This document shows, piece after piece, positions 55,804 to 64,000 of a stretch of DNA of 64,000 nt. The position numbers were made by a program, and so were the translations under genes. This DNA is from an uncultured delta proteobacterium (GTDB lineage Bacteria; Myxococcota_A; Polyangia; Polyangiales; Polyangiaceae). The notes beneath the pieces are model-generated. The model saw only the letters and a program-made list of their open reading frames with translations, was not told the origin of the DNA and did no database searches. The stretch spans positions 3,456,001-3,520,000 of the forward strand of contig CAWAIF010000003.1 in NCBI GenBank assembly GCA_963782055.1, written 5' to 3'. Each line of letters starts with the position of its first letter. Positions within the stretch are counted from its first letter, which is position 1.

Positions 55804-57477
55804 TCAACGCCAGGCGGCGCGGGGCTGCGGATCGCCTCCGGACACCCGGATGGGGAGCCAGAGCGCCTTGACGTAGGAGGCGGTGGCGGTCCGCTCGTAG
55901 CCGGCCAGACCGAAGAGCACGTTCCAGTAGTAGCCGTCGGGGCTCTCCCCGTAGGAGAAGAAGGGCAGGACGTGGAACGCCCAGTCCATGCCGCCCGCCA
56001 CGCGCCTCTGCGTGTACAGGGTGTTGCCCGCGACCTGCACCACCGCGTCGTGCTTGTGGTCGGCGAAGCGCCAGTACAGCGGGAAGCCGACGGTGACCCT
56101 GTCGTCCGGCGTAGCCAGGTCGAAGTAGAAGGGCAGCAGCACGTTGTGGCGCGTCTTGTCGTGCCGCCCGAAGTACGCGACGGGATGCAGGTCCGTCTCC
56201 CACCCGTGCTGATCGAAGCTGACCACCAGCGAGGGGAACGCCCAGTAGGTGCGCGAGACGCCGATGTTCTCGAACCGGCCGAAGAGCGGGGTGAGGAAGT
56301 CGTTCCGCGTCTCGCTGGTGTTCCGGTAATAGAAGGGGATCAGACCCCAGCTGCTCTGCCGCACGTCGCGGTCGGTGTAGTGGAAGAAGAGCGGAACGAT
56401 GGGCCCCACCGTCGTGAGCTCCGCCGCGCCCTTGCGCGTGGTCGCGTGGGCGTAGACCGGCGTGATGAGGGTATCGACCCCCGGCGCCTTGCGCCGCAGG
56501 TACACCGGCGTGACGAAGAGCGACTCGGTGTCGGTGTAGCCGTAGTGAAAGAAGGGGAAGACGGTGGTGTGCGATTCGTGGATGCCGCCCGTCTCCGGCG
56601 TGCCGTGGATGTGGAAGAAGAAGGGCGCCAGGTGGAAGAAGGTGCGCTCCGGCGTGGACCCGAAGATGACCGGCCCGGCCACCGTGAGGCTGGAGGCGTT
56701 GAGCTCGTCGGAGCGGTGGTAAAAGAGCAGCGGCGGGATGAGCGTGTAGGTCTTGCGCGCGCCGTTGTCGTTGCCGTTGTCGCCGTGGAAGTAGATGGGG
56801 ACGATCCCCGCGTCCACGTCGGTGCCGGTGCGGTTGCGGAAGTAGGGGCCCGCCAGGGTGAAGGCGCCCTCGTTGTTCCAGTGTGAGGAGGTCAGCAGCA
56901 GGGGCGCGTGGAAGTAGCCGCCGTCCTTGCGCTTGCCCTGGAAGAAGAGGGGCGCGAGCCAGTTGTCGTTCTCCCCCGGGGCCTGACGGTGGAGCATCGG
57001 GCCGACGACGGTGAGGTAGCTCTGCTCGTCGCGGACGTGCCAGAAGAGGGGGAAGAGCACATCGGCGTCCAGCTTCAGCGAGCGGCGCTGGTAGTACATG
57101 AGGCCGAAGAGCGACTGCCGGTCCGGGTGCGAGGGAAGGCCGCGCGTGTGCTCGAAGAAGAAGGGCGGCAGCATCCGGAAGCGGTAGTCGCCGCGCGACT
57201 CCTCGTAGATGCCGTAGAAGCGCCGCTTGAGCTTCCCCTGCGGGGGTGGCGGCCTGTCCAGGCCGTAGTCGCTGCCGATCTGCTTGCGCAGCGCGGGGTC
57301 GATGGCGAGCGGGTCGGCCGGCGCCTGCGGCAACGGCTCGGCGCGCTGGGTCACGGTGGGTGCGTCGCCCTGATCGCCCTGGCCGGGGTTTTGACCCCCG
57401 TGGTCGTCCTGGGCGAGCGCGCCGTGGGCGGCGAGCACGGTGGCGAGCAAGAGCAGCGTGGTGGGGAGGGGCTTCAT
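55804..57477 (-). CDS. Exported aromatic-rich beta-repeat protein
   Basis: Signal peptide; many repeated P-(L/F/Y/V)-(F/Y) strands; start overlaps the hisS stop (ATGA). Confidence 0.75.
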   Translation of the reverse strand: MKPLPTTLLLLATVLAAHGALAQDDHGGQNPGQGDQGDAPTVTQRAEPLPQAPADPLAIDPALRKQIGSDYGLDRPPPPQGKLKRRFYGIYEESRGDYRFRMLPPFFFEHTRGLPSHPDRQSLFGLMYYQRRSLKLDADVLFPLFWHVRDEQSYLTVVGPMLHRQAPGENDNWLAPLFFQGKRKDGGYFHAPLLLTSSHWNNEGAFTLAGPYFRNRTGTDVDAGIVPIYFHGDNGNDNGARKTYTLIPPLLFYHRSDELNASSLTVAGPVIFGSTPERTFFHLAPFFFHIHGTPETGGIHESHTTVFPFFHYGYTDTESLFVTPVYLRRKAPGVDTLITPVYAHATTRKGAAELTTVGPIVPLFFHYTDRDVRQSSWGLIPFYYRNTSETRNDFLTPLFGRFENIGVSRTYWAFPSLVVSFDQHGWETDLHPVAYFGRHDKTRHNVLLPFYFDLATPDDRVTVGFPLYWRFADHKHDAVVQVAGNTLYTQRRVAGGMDWAFHVLPFFSYGESPDGYYWNVLFGLAGYERTATASYVKALWLPIRVSGGDPQPRAAWR

Positions 57478-58763
57478 GCCGGCTCCTCGCGACGGACCGC
57501 GCCGGACGCGGCCAGACAATCGACGACGATCTCCACCACCCTGTCGCGCGCCATCTCTTCTTGCGCGTGGGCGGCGAGGTCCTTGATGGTGACCATCCCC
57601 TTGGCGATCTCCGCCTCGCCCACGATGAGCACCAGTCGCGCGCCCAGGGTGTTGGCGCGGCGGAGCTGCGACTTGAGCGAGCCGCCGCGCGTCTCGGCGA
57701 GGGACGCGACGCCGCGCTGCCGGAGCTCCCGGGCGAGCTGCAGCGCGGGCGCCATGGCCGTCTCGCCGAGCGGGGCGACGAAGGCGTCCACCACCGAGCC
57801 CTGCACCTCCGGCTCGGAGGCGATGATCAGGCGGTCGAGGCCGGCGGCGAAGCCGATGGCGGGGACGGAGGGGCCGCCGAGATCCTGCACCATGCCGTCG
57901 TAGCGCCCGCCGCCGACGAGGGTGTCGCCGGCGCCGAGCTTCTGCCGCGCGCCTTTGATCTCGAAGAGGGTGCGCGTGTAGTAGTCCAGGCCGCGGACGA
58001 GGCGCGTGTCGACGCGGTAGGCGATGCCCAGGGCGTCCAGCAGCCGCCGCAGGCCGTCAAAATGGGCGCGGTCCTCCTCGCCCAGGAGGTCCAGGATGGT
58101 GGGCGCGTCGGCGAGCATGAGCTGATCCCGCTCGTCCTTGGAGTCCAGGATGCGCAGCGGGTTGGTCTCCAGCCGCCGCTGCGAGTCCTCGCTCAGCGCG
58201 GCGCGCCGCGGCTCGAGGTGCGCGCGGACCGCCTCCCGGAAGCGCGCGCGGGTGTCGCCGCTGCCGATGGAGTTGACGAGCACCTCCACGTCGGGCACGC
58301 CGATGGCGCCGAGGAACGTCACCAGCATGTCGATCAGCTCGGCGTCGCAGCCAGGGCCCGGGTCACCGAAGATCTCCCCGCCGGCCTGGGAGAACTGCCG
58401 GTAGCGCCCGCGCTGGGGTCGCTCGGCGCGGAACATCGGCCCGAGGTAGTACCACCGCGTCACCGGCTCCCGCGCGTGCACCTTGTGCTCCACGTAGGCG
58501 CGCGCCGCCCCGGCGGTGCCCTCGGGCCGCAGCGTCAGGTCGTCGTCGTGGTGCCGGAAGGAGTACATCTCCTTCTCCACGATGTCGGTCGTCTCGCCGA
58601 CGGTGCGCACGAACAGGCGCGTCGGCTCCACGTAGGGCGTGCGCACCTCCCGGAAGCCATAGAGGGTGGCCGTCCGGACGAAGGTGCTCTCCACCTTCTG
58701 CCAGGCCCCGACCTCCTCGGGCAGCACGTCGTTCATGCCTTTGACGGCGCGGAGCGGTTCCAT
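57474..58763 (-). CDS. hisS: Histidine--tRNA ligase
   Basis: [42 protein letters not shown]. Confidence 0.99.
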   Translation of the reverse strand: MEPLRAVKGMNDVLPEEVGAWQKVESTFVRTATLYGFREVRTPYVEPTRLFVRTVGETTDIVEKEMYSFRHHDDDLTLRPEGTAGAARAYVEHKVHAREPVTRWYYLGPMFRAERPQRGRYRQFSQAGGEIFGDPGPGCDAELIDMLVTFLGAIGVPDVEVLVNSIGSGDTRARFREAVRAHLEPRRAALSEDSQRRLETNPLRILDSKDERDQLMLADAPTILDLLGEEDRAHFDGLRRLLDALGIAYRVDTRLVRGLDYYTRTLFEIKGARQKLGAGDTLVGGGRYDGMVQDLGGPSVPAIGFAAGLDRLIIASEPEVQGSVVDAFVAPLGETAMAPALQLARELRQRGVASLAETRGGSLKSQLRRANTLGARLVLIVGEAEIAKGMVTIKDLAAHAQEEMARDRVVEIVVDCLAASGAVRREEPA

Positions 58764-58864
58764 CGACGGGGCGACCTTATCGCCCCCGGACCGGGTGCGG
58801 TCAAGCCGACCCTGCCATTGGCGAGGTTTTGCATCCCCGGCCGGCCCGCGCTAAACGCGCGAGG

Positions 58865-59314
58865 GTGAAGCCCCGGCGGAGGACCTGCGCCCTCGATCTC
58901 GGGGAAGCGCGCGTCGGCGTGGCCATCGACGACGAGCTCGGCATGCTCGCCCATCCCCGCGGGATCATCCCGGCGCGGCCGGAGAATGCCATGCTGGCGG
59001 CGATCGCCGAGCTGGCGCGCGCCGAGGACGTCGGCCGGTTCGTGGTAGGACTCCCCCTGGACATGAAGGGCGGGGAAGGGGAGGCGGCGCGCAAGGCGCG
59101 GAGGCTCGCGCAGGCCATCGCCGACGCGACGGGGCTCCCCGTCGAGCTGTGGGACGAGCGTCTGTCCACGGTGCAGGCGCGCCGGGCCCTGGCGGAGGCG
59201 GGCGTGCCCGAGCGAGCGCGCGGCAAGCGCAGCCGCTCGGCCAAGACGCACATCGACGAGGCCGCAGCGGCCACCATCCTTCAGGCCTGGCTGGAGCGCA
59301 GGAGCGCGCCGTGA
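58865..59314 (+). CDS. ruvX: YqgF/RuvX pre-16S rRNA nuclease
   Basis: ALDLGEARVGVAI, VVGLP, WDERLST, IDEAAAATILQAWL. Confidence 0.95.
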   Translation: MKPRRRTCALDLGEARVGVAIDDELGMLAHPRGIIPARPENAMLAAIAELARAEDVGRFVVGLPLDMKGGEGEAARKARRLAQAIADATGLPVELWDERLSTVQARRALAEAGVPERARGKRSRSAKTHIDEAAAATILQAWLERRSAP

Positions 59315-60471
59315 GTCCGCCGCGGAAGCGCAAGAGCGGCGCGCGGAAGAAGCGCAAGCCGGATGCGGAGGCGCCGAAGGCCGCCGCGCCGGCGCCGGAG
59401 GACGCCGCCCGGGTCGGCCCGCTGCTGCGCTGGACGCTCGGCGTGGCCGGCCTCTTCGTGGTCCTCGCCCTGCTGCTGCTGCTCCTGGTCTACCCCACGA
59501 CGAAGGGGCCCATGTTCGGCCGCTCCGCCGACATCGAGGTGGGCGGCCAGTCCGCCGGGGAGCTGGCCGATCTGCTCGCCGACCGCGGCCTGGTGGACAA
59601 CCCTCGCTACTTCGCCATCTACCTGAGGGCGCGCGGCGGGGTCGCCTCCCTCGCCAAGGGCTCGCACTTCCTGCCCGACCACCTTTCCCCGCGCGAGCTC
59701 GTCAACCGTCTGCAGCGTCACGACGCCGAGCGCGTCAAGGTGGCGATCCCGGAGGGCTGGACGCGCTTCGACATCGCCCGGAGGCTGGAGGCGCTCTGGG
59801 TGTGCCGGTCGGCGAAGTTCCTCGCCGCCACCGAGGACCCGGCGCTGCGCGAGTCGCTCCACGTCGAGGGGCCCACGCTGGAGGGCTACCTCTTCCCCGC
59901 GACCTACGACCTGCCGCGTGACGGCGACCCGCGAGAGCTGGTCAAGCGCATGGTGACCACCTTCCAGAAGCGCTACATGGCGCTGGAGGAGAAGCACCAG
60001 TCCGGCCTGGCGGACCTGACGACATCGCTCGGGTGGGGCCGCAGGGAGATCGTCATCCTCGCGTCGATGGTGGAGAAGGAGGCCGCGGTCGACGAGGAGC
60101 GCCCCCTCATCGCCAGCGTCTTCCTCAACCGGATGCGCGACGCCAGCTTCACCCCCAAGCTGCTGCAGTGCGATCCGACGGCCGGGTACGGCTGCCTGGT
60201 GGGCGACCCGCCCGGCTGCGCGGAATACGACGGCAAGGTCACCCACGCCCTCGTCGCCGACGCGCAGAACCCCTACAACACCTACAAGCACGAGGGGCTG
60301 CCGCCCGGACCCATCTGCAGCCCCGGGGCGCGCTCGCTCGAGGCGGTGATGGATCCCGCCATCACCAGCTACCTGTACTTCGTCGCGAAGGGCGCCAGGC
60401 GGCACACCTTCTCCGCCACGCTCTCGGCGCACAACGCCGCCGTGCACAAGGACGCGGGCGTGGCCCCCTAG
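59311..60471 (+). CDS. mltG: Endolytic transglycosylase MltG (YceG)
   Basis: TM; IPEG, LEGYLFPATY, LASMVEKEA, VFLNR, LQCDPT, PYNTY..EGLPPGPI.SPG, YLYFVA. Confidence 0.95.
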   Translation: MSPPRKRKSGARKKRKPDAEAPKAAAPAPEDAARVGPLLRWTLGVAGLFVVLALLLLLLVYPTTKGPMFGRSADIEVGGQSAGELADLLADRGLVDNPRYFAIYLRARGGVASLAKGSHFLPDHLSPRELVNRLQRHDAERVKVAIPEGWTRFDIARRLEALWVCRSAKFLAATEDPALRESLHVEGPTLEGYLFPATYDLPRDGDPRELVKRMVTTFQKRYMALEEKHQSGLADLTTSLGWGRREIVILASMVEKEAAVDEERPLIASVFLNRMRDASFTPKLLQCDPTAGYGCLVGDPPGCAEYDGKVTHALVADAQNPYNTYKHEGLPPGPICSPGARSLEAVMDPAITSYLYFVAKGARRHTFSATLSAHNAAVHKDAGVAP

Positions 60472-60475
60472 CGGG

Positions 60476-60715
60476 TCACTCGGTGGCGGCGTCGAACGGG
60501 CTGCCGGCGTCGAAGGGCGCGTCGAAGCCGGTCGAGCTGTCGTTGCTCCCGGTGTCCGGCTGCGAGGCGGTGCCGGCGTCGTTGCTCAGCGTGACGTTGT
60601 AGTTGCGGCCGCCGCCCTGCCAGCCATCGCCGCCGGAGCAGGCGAGGGGGCCGGCGGCGCCGGCGAGCAGCAGCACGGCGCCGCACAGGGCGCGCTTGAG
60701 CTTCGTCACGGGCAT
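60476..60715 (-). CDS. Small putative lipoprotein
   Basis: Basic N-terminus, hydrophobic core, PLAC lipobox, acidic tail. Confidence 0.55.
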   Translation of the reverse strand: MPVTKLKRALCGAVLLLAGAAGPLACSGGDGWQGGGRNYNVTLSNDAGTASQPDTGSNDSSTGFDAPFDAGSPFDAATE

Positions 60716-61287
60716 TGCCACGTGCTCCCGTCGCAGACGCACGACTTGTTGTAGTCATCGGCCGAGTGCGGGCAGGTCGCTCCCGCGGGGAAGTAGGTCG
60801 CGCAGTTCTGCCCGGGTGTCGCCACGCCGGCCGCGGGACACGGTGGGTCGGGGTAGACGACCTTGAAGGGCGCGCTGCCCGCCGACACCCCGTTGACCGA
60901 GACGTCACAGGTGTAGTTGCCCACCGGGTAGCCGACCTGCACGCCATCGGCGTTGGTGGGCTGGGTCCAGGTGAAGGCCACGACACCCTGGGTGGTGCCG
61001 GAGGCGTTCTCCCCCGCCGCCAGGATGGCCTCCGGGCCGTTGCCGTCGGAGTAACGGTGGATCTGCGCCTGCACCGTGGTGTCCGGCTTGGTGCCGACGT
61101 AGTCGGCGTCGCAGTAGATGGCGACTGTGTCGGGGTAGAACTCGACCCGCTTGCGGTCGCCCTGGCCGTCCAGCGCCATGTAGACGTGGCGAACCTCGCT
61201 CCCGGCGCTGCAGCCAGTGGGGAGGGCGCTCACCGCCAGCGGCGTGCACACCAGAAGGAGCTTCACTGCGCGAGAAAGGATGCTCAT
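60706..61287 (-). CDS. Secreted or lipoprotein: Ig-like region plus Cys-rich tail
   Basis: Signal ending PTGC; YPVGNYTCDVSVNG; C-terminal CVCDGSTWQCP. Confidence 0.7.
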   Translation of the reverse strand: MSILSRAVKLLLVCTPLAVSALPTGCSAGSEVRHVYMALDGQGDRKRVEFYPDTVAIYCDADYVGTKPDTTVQAQIHRYSDGNGPEAILAAGENASGTTQGVVAFTWTQPTNADGVQVGYPVGNYTCDVSVNGVSAGSAPFKVVYPDPPCPAAGVATPGQNCATYFPAGATCPHSADDYNKSCVCDGSTWQCP

Positions 61288-61385
61288 CCTTGCTACCGAA
61301 CAACGTACGGGCAGAGGGCGCCGCTGGTCAATCGGGTCCTCGCGGTCCCGCTGCCCCCGCGCACGAAGGGTGGTAAAGGCCGACC

Positions 61386-61811
61386 ATGCAGCCCTGGGCC
61401 TACCCCGCCGTCCTCGCCGCCGGTTTCATCGCCGTGCACTACCTGCTGCTGCGCGCGGCCTCCGGGCGCCTCGCCGATGCGCTCGGGGCCCTCTTGCTGG
61501 AGGCGACGGCGGCCGCGGGCATCCTCGTCTACTACCTCGTCTCGCGCAGGTCGGACCTCCCGACCTCGCGCGCGGGGATCGGCTTCTCCATGGCGAGCGG
61601 CCTGGCCATCTCGGTCGCGAGCGTCCTCATCTTCACCGCGCTGCGCAAGGGCGGGCCGGTGGCGTCCACCGGGACCATCGTGCTGGGCGGCGGGGTGGCC
61701 CTCAGCGCGCTGCTGGCGCCTGTGTTCTTCGCCGAGGGGCTGACGATCCGCCGCGTGGCGGGGGTGGCGCTAGGCGCCGCGGCCATGGTCCTGCTCGCCA
61801 CCGAGCGTTGA
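61386..61811 (+). CDS. EamA/DMT-like small membrane protein
   Basis: 141 aa, about 5 hydrophobic helices, FFAEGLTIRRVAGVAL. Confidence 0.75.
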   Translation: MQPWAYPAVLAAGFIAVHYLLLRAASGRLADALGALLLEATAAAGILVYYLVSRRSDLPTSRAGIGFSMASGLAISVASVLIFTALRKGGPVASTGTIVLGGGVALSALLAPVFFAEGLTIRRVAGVALGAAAMVLLATER

Positions 61812-61879
61812 GCGCACCTTTCGCCGAAAGGGCCGTTGGGGCTTCCCGTTTGCGAGCGCCCGAGTACCCTGCGCGCACC

Positions 61880-63877
61880 ATGCCCCGTGACCATGACACC
61901 AGGACGACCCAGCTCGTCGTCGACACCATCAAGACCCTCTCCATCGACGCCGTCCAGAAGGCCAACAGCGGACACCCCGGCACGCCGATGGGTCTGGCCA
62001 ACATCGCCTTCGAGCTCTGGACCCGCTACATGCGCTACGACCCGACGGATCCTGGCTGGGTCGGCCGCGACCGCTTCGTGCTCTCGTGCGGCCACGCGTC
62101 GATGCTGCTCTACAGCATGCTCCACCTCTCCGGCTACGATCTGCCCCTCGCGCAGCTCGAGCAGTTCCGCCAGTGGGGCTCGCGCACGCCGGGGCACCCC
62201 GAGCACGGGCACACCGTCGGCGTGGAGACGACGACCGGCCCGCTCGGCCAGGGCGTGGGCAACGCCGTCGGCTTCGCGCTGGCGCAGCGGATGATGGGGG
62301 CCCGCTTCGGCGAGCCCTTCGCCGAGCAGCGCGTCTTCTGCATCGCCTCCGACGGCGACATGATGGAGGGCGTGAGCGGGGAGGCGTCGAGCATCGCCGG
62401 GCACCTGGGCCTCTCCAACCTCATCGTCTTCTACGACGACAACCGGATCACCATCGAGGGCGAGACGCACCTGGCGTTCAGCGAGGACGTCGGCACGCGC
62501 TACGAGGGCTACGGCTGGAGCGTGCAGCGCATCAACGGGCACGACCACAAGGAGATCCGCGAGGCGGTGGACCGCGCGCTGACGCTCAGGGACCGGCCGA
62601 GCTTCATCGTGTGCCGCACCCACATCGCCAACGGCGCCCCGCACGCGCACGACACCTCCGAGGCGCACGGCTCCCCGCTGGGCGAGCAGGAGATCGCCGA
62701 GACGAAGCAGGCGATGGGCTGGGACCCGGCGCGGAAGTTCTACGTGCCCGACGAGGTCCGCGCCCTCTTCGCCGCGCGCGCCGAGGATCTCGCCCGCGAC
62801 CACGCCGCCTGGAACGAGCGCTACCAGGCGTGGCGCAAGGCCAACACCGGCCTCGCCGGCGAGCTGGACACCTTCCTGCGCAAGGAGATCCCCGCCGACC
62901 TATTCGAGAAGCTCCTCGCCGCGGTACCCGAAAAGGTGGACGCCACGCGCAACACCTCCAACGCCATCCAGCAGGTGGCGGCCAAGCTCGTCCCCCAGCT
63001 CGTCGGCGGCTCCGCCGACCTGGCGCCCTCCACCAAGACCCTCATCAAGGGCTCGGAGGCGGTGGAGGCCGATCGCTACGCGGGGCGCAACATGCACTTC
63101 GGCATCCGCGAGCACGGCATGGGCGCGGTGTGCAACGCCCTCGCGCTCGCCGGCGGCTTCATCCCCTACGGCGCCACCTTCCTCATCTTCAGCGACTACA
63201 TGCGGCCGGCGGTGCGCCTCTCCGCGCTGATGAAGCAGCAGTGCCTGTGGATCTACACCCACGACTCCATCTTCCTCGGGGAGGACGGCCCCACGCACCA
63301 GTCGATCGAGCAGCTCTGGGCGCTTCGGCTGATCCCCGGCCTGCACGTCGTGCGGCCGGCGGACGGCATGGAGACCGCCGCGGCCTGGGCGCTCGCCCTG
63401 CGCCGCAAGGACGGCCCCACCGCCTTCGCCCTCACCCGGCAGAAGGTGCCGACCATCGCGCGGGACGCGGGCTTCGACCCGAAGAGCATGCTGCGCGGCG
63501 CCTACGTGGTGCAGGAGGCGAAGGGCGGCCCGGCCGACCTGGTGATCGTCGCCACCGGGAGCGAGCTGCAGCTCGCTGTCGGCGCCAAGGCGAAGCTTGA
63601 GGCGGCGGGCCGCAAGGTGCGCGTCGTCAGCGGCCTGTGCCTCGAGGCCTTCGCCGAGCAGGACGCGGCGTACCGCGAGAGCGTCCTCCCGCGCGGCGTG
63701 CGCAAGGTCTCCATCGAGGCCGGGTGCACCGCCCCGTGGCTCGGCCTGCTCGGGGAGGGCGGCGTCGCCATCGGCCTGGACCACTACGGCGCCAGCGCGC
63801 CCGCCTCCGTCCTCGCCGAGAAGTTCGGCTTCACGGTGGACGCGGTGGTCGCGCGCGTCACCGCCGCCGATCGTTGA
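61880..63877 (+). CDS. tkt: Transketolase
   Basis: ANSGHPGTPMG, RDRFVLSCGH, TTGPLGQG, SDGDMMEG, FGIREHGMG, GEDGPTHQ. Confidence 0.98.
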   Translation: MPRDHDTRTTQLVVDTIKTLSIDAVQKANSGHPGTPMGLANIAFELWTRYMRYDPTDPGWVGRDRFVLSCGHASMLLYSMLHLSGYDLPLAQLEQFRQWGSRTPGHPEHGHTVGVETTTGPLGQGVGNAVGFALAQRMMGARFGEPFAEQRVFCIASDGDMMEGVSGEASSIAGHLGLSNLIVFYDDNRITIEGETHLAFSEDVGTRYEGYGWSVQRINGHDHKEIREAVDRALTLRDRPSFIVCRTHIANGAPHAHDTSEAHGSPLGEQEIAETKQAMGWDPARKFYVPDEVRALFAARAEDLARDHAAWNERYQAWRKANTGLAGELDTFLRKEIPADLFEKLLAAVPEKVDATRNTSNAIQQVAAKLVPQLVGGSADLAPSTKTLIKGSEAVEADRYAGRNMHFGIREHGMGAVCNALALAGGFIPYGATFLIFSDYMRPAVRLSALMKQQCLWIYTHDSIFLGEDGPTHQSIEQLWALRLIPGLHVVRPADGMETAAAWALALRRKDGPTAFALTRQKVPTIARDAGFDPKSMLRGAYVVQEAKGGPADLVIVATGSELQLAVGAKAKLEAAGRKVRVVSGLCLEAFAEQDAAYRESVLPRGVRKVSIEAGCTAPWLGLLGEGGVAIGLDHYGASAPASVLAEKFGFTVDAVVARVTAADR

Positions 63878-63881
63878 CCCG

Positions 63882-64000
63882 TCAAGCGTTCGGCGCCAGG
63901 GGCGTCACCGCCGCCGGGCCGAGCGCCTTCGCCAGCGCCAGGGCCAGCCGTGGGCCGACGCCGGCGTCCTCGTGCTTGAAGAAGACGTAGGCCTCCTTCC
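63882..64000 (-). CDS. 3' end of a probable DUF72 family gene (partial)
   Basis: Hand translation KEAYVFFKHEDAGVGPRLALALAKAL...NA*; YVFFKHED resembles DUF72 C-termini. Confidence 0.6.
   Translation of the reverse strand, partial: KEAYVFFKHEDAGVGPRLALALAKALGPAAVTPLAPNA

Overview
Very GC-rich bacterial chromosomal DNA. Gene content (giant TPR proteins, Hanks-type kinases, many Cys-rich lipoproteins, an IgGFc-binding lipoprotein) points to a myxobacterium, probably Polyangiales-like (inference). Housekeeping genes include atpD/atpC, dnaG-rpoD, glgP, leuS-lptE, lnt, an IscS-type desulfurase, hisS, ruvX-mltG and tkt. The best candidate for an undescribed system is a tightly packed plus-strand operon at 28370-38788. 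It encodes (1) a NUDIX hydrolase, (2) an intact membrane Ser/Thr kinase, (3) a pseudokinase-TM-five-heme cytochrome c fusion, (4) a protein with two cNMP-binding domains, four [4Fe-4S] motifs and a putative di-heme-b membrane domain, (5) a four-heme c/ferredoxin/circularly permuted NADPH-flavoprotein fusion and (6) an exported VWA protein. Together these look like a cyclic-nucleotide- and kinase-coupled transmembrane electron conduit (inference). The window also holds three kinds of non-coding repeat: a 46-bp x ~10 hairpin array, a 124-bp structured element duplicated with an internal micro-inversion, and a dispersed ~32-38-bp palindrome family with one copy in frame inside a gene. There are two single-base frameshifts: one fuses two giant TPR genes, the other lies in a G9 tract of a response regulator. 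I found no rRNA, tRNA, CRISPR array or transposase. All calls come from reading the sequence and motifs; no database search was run.
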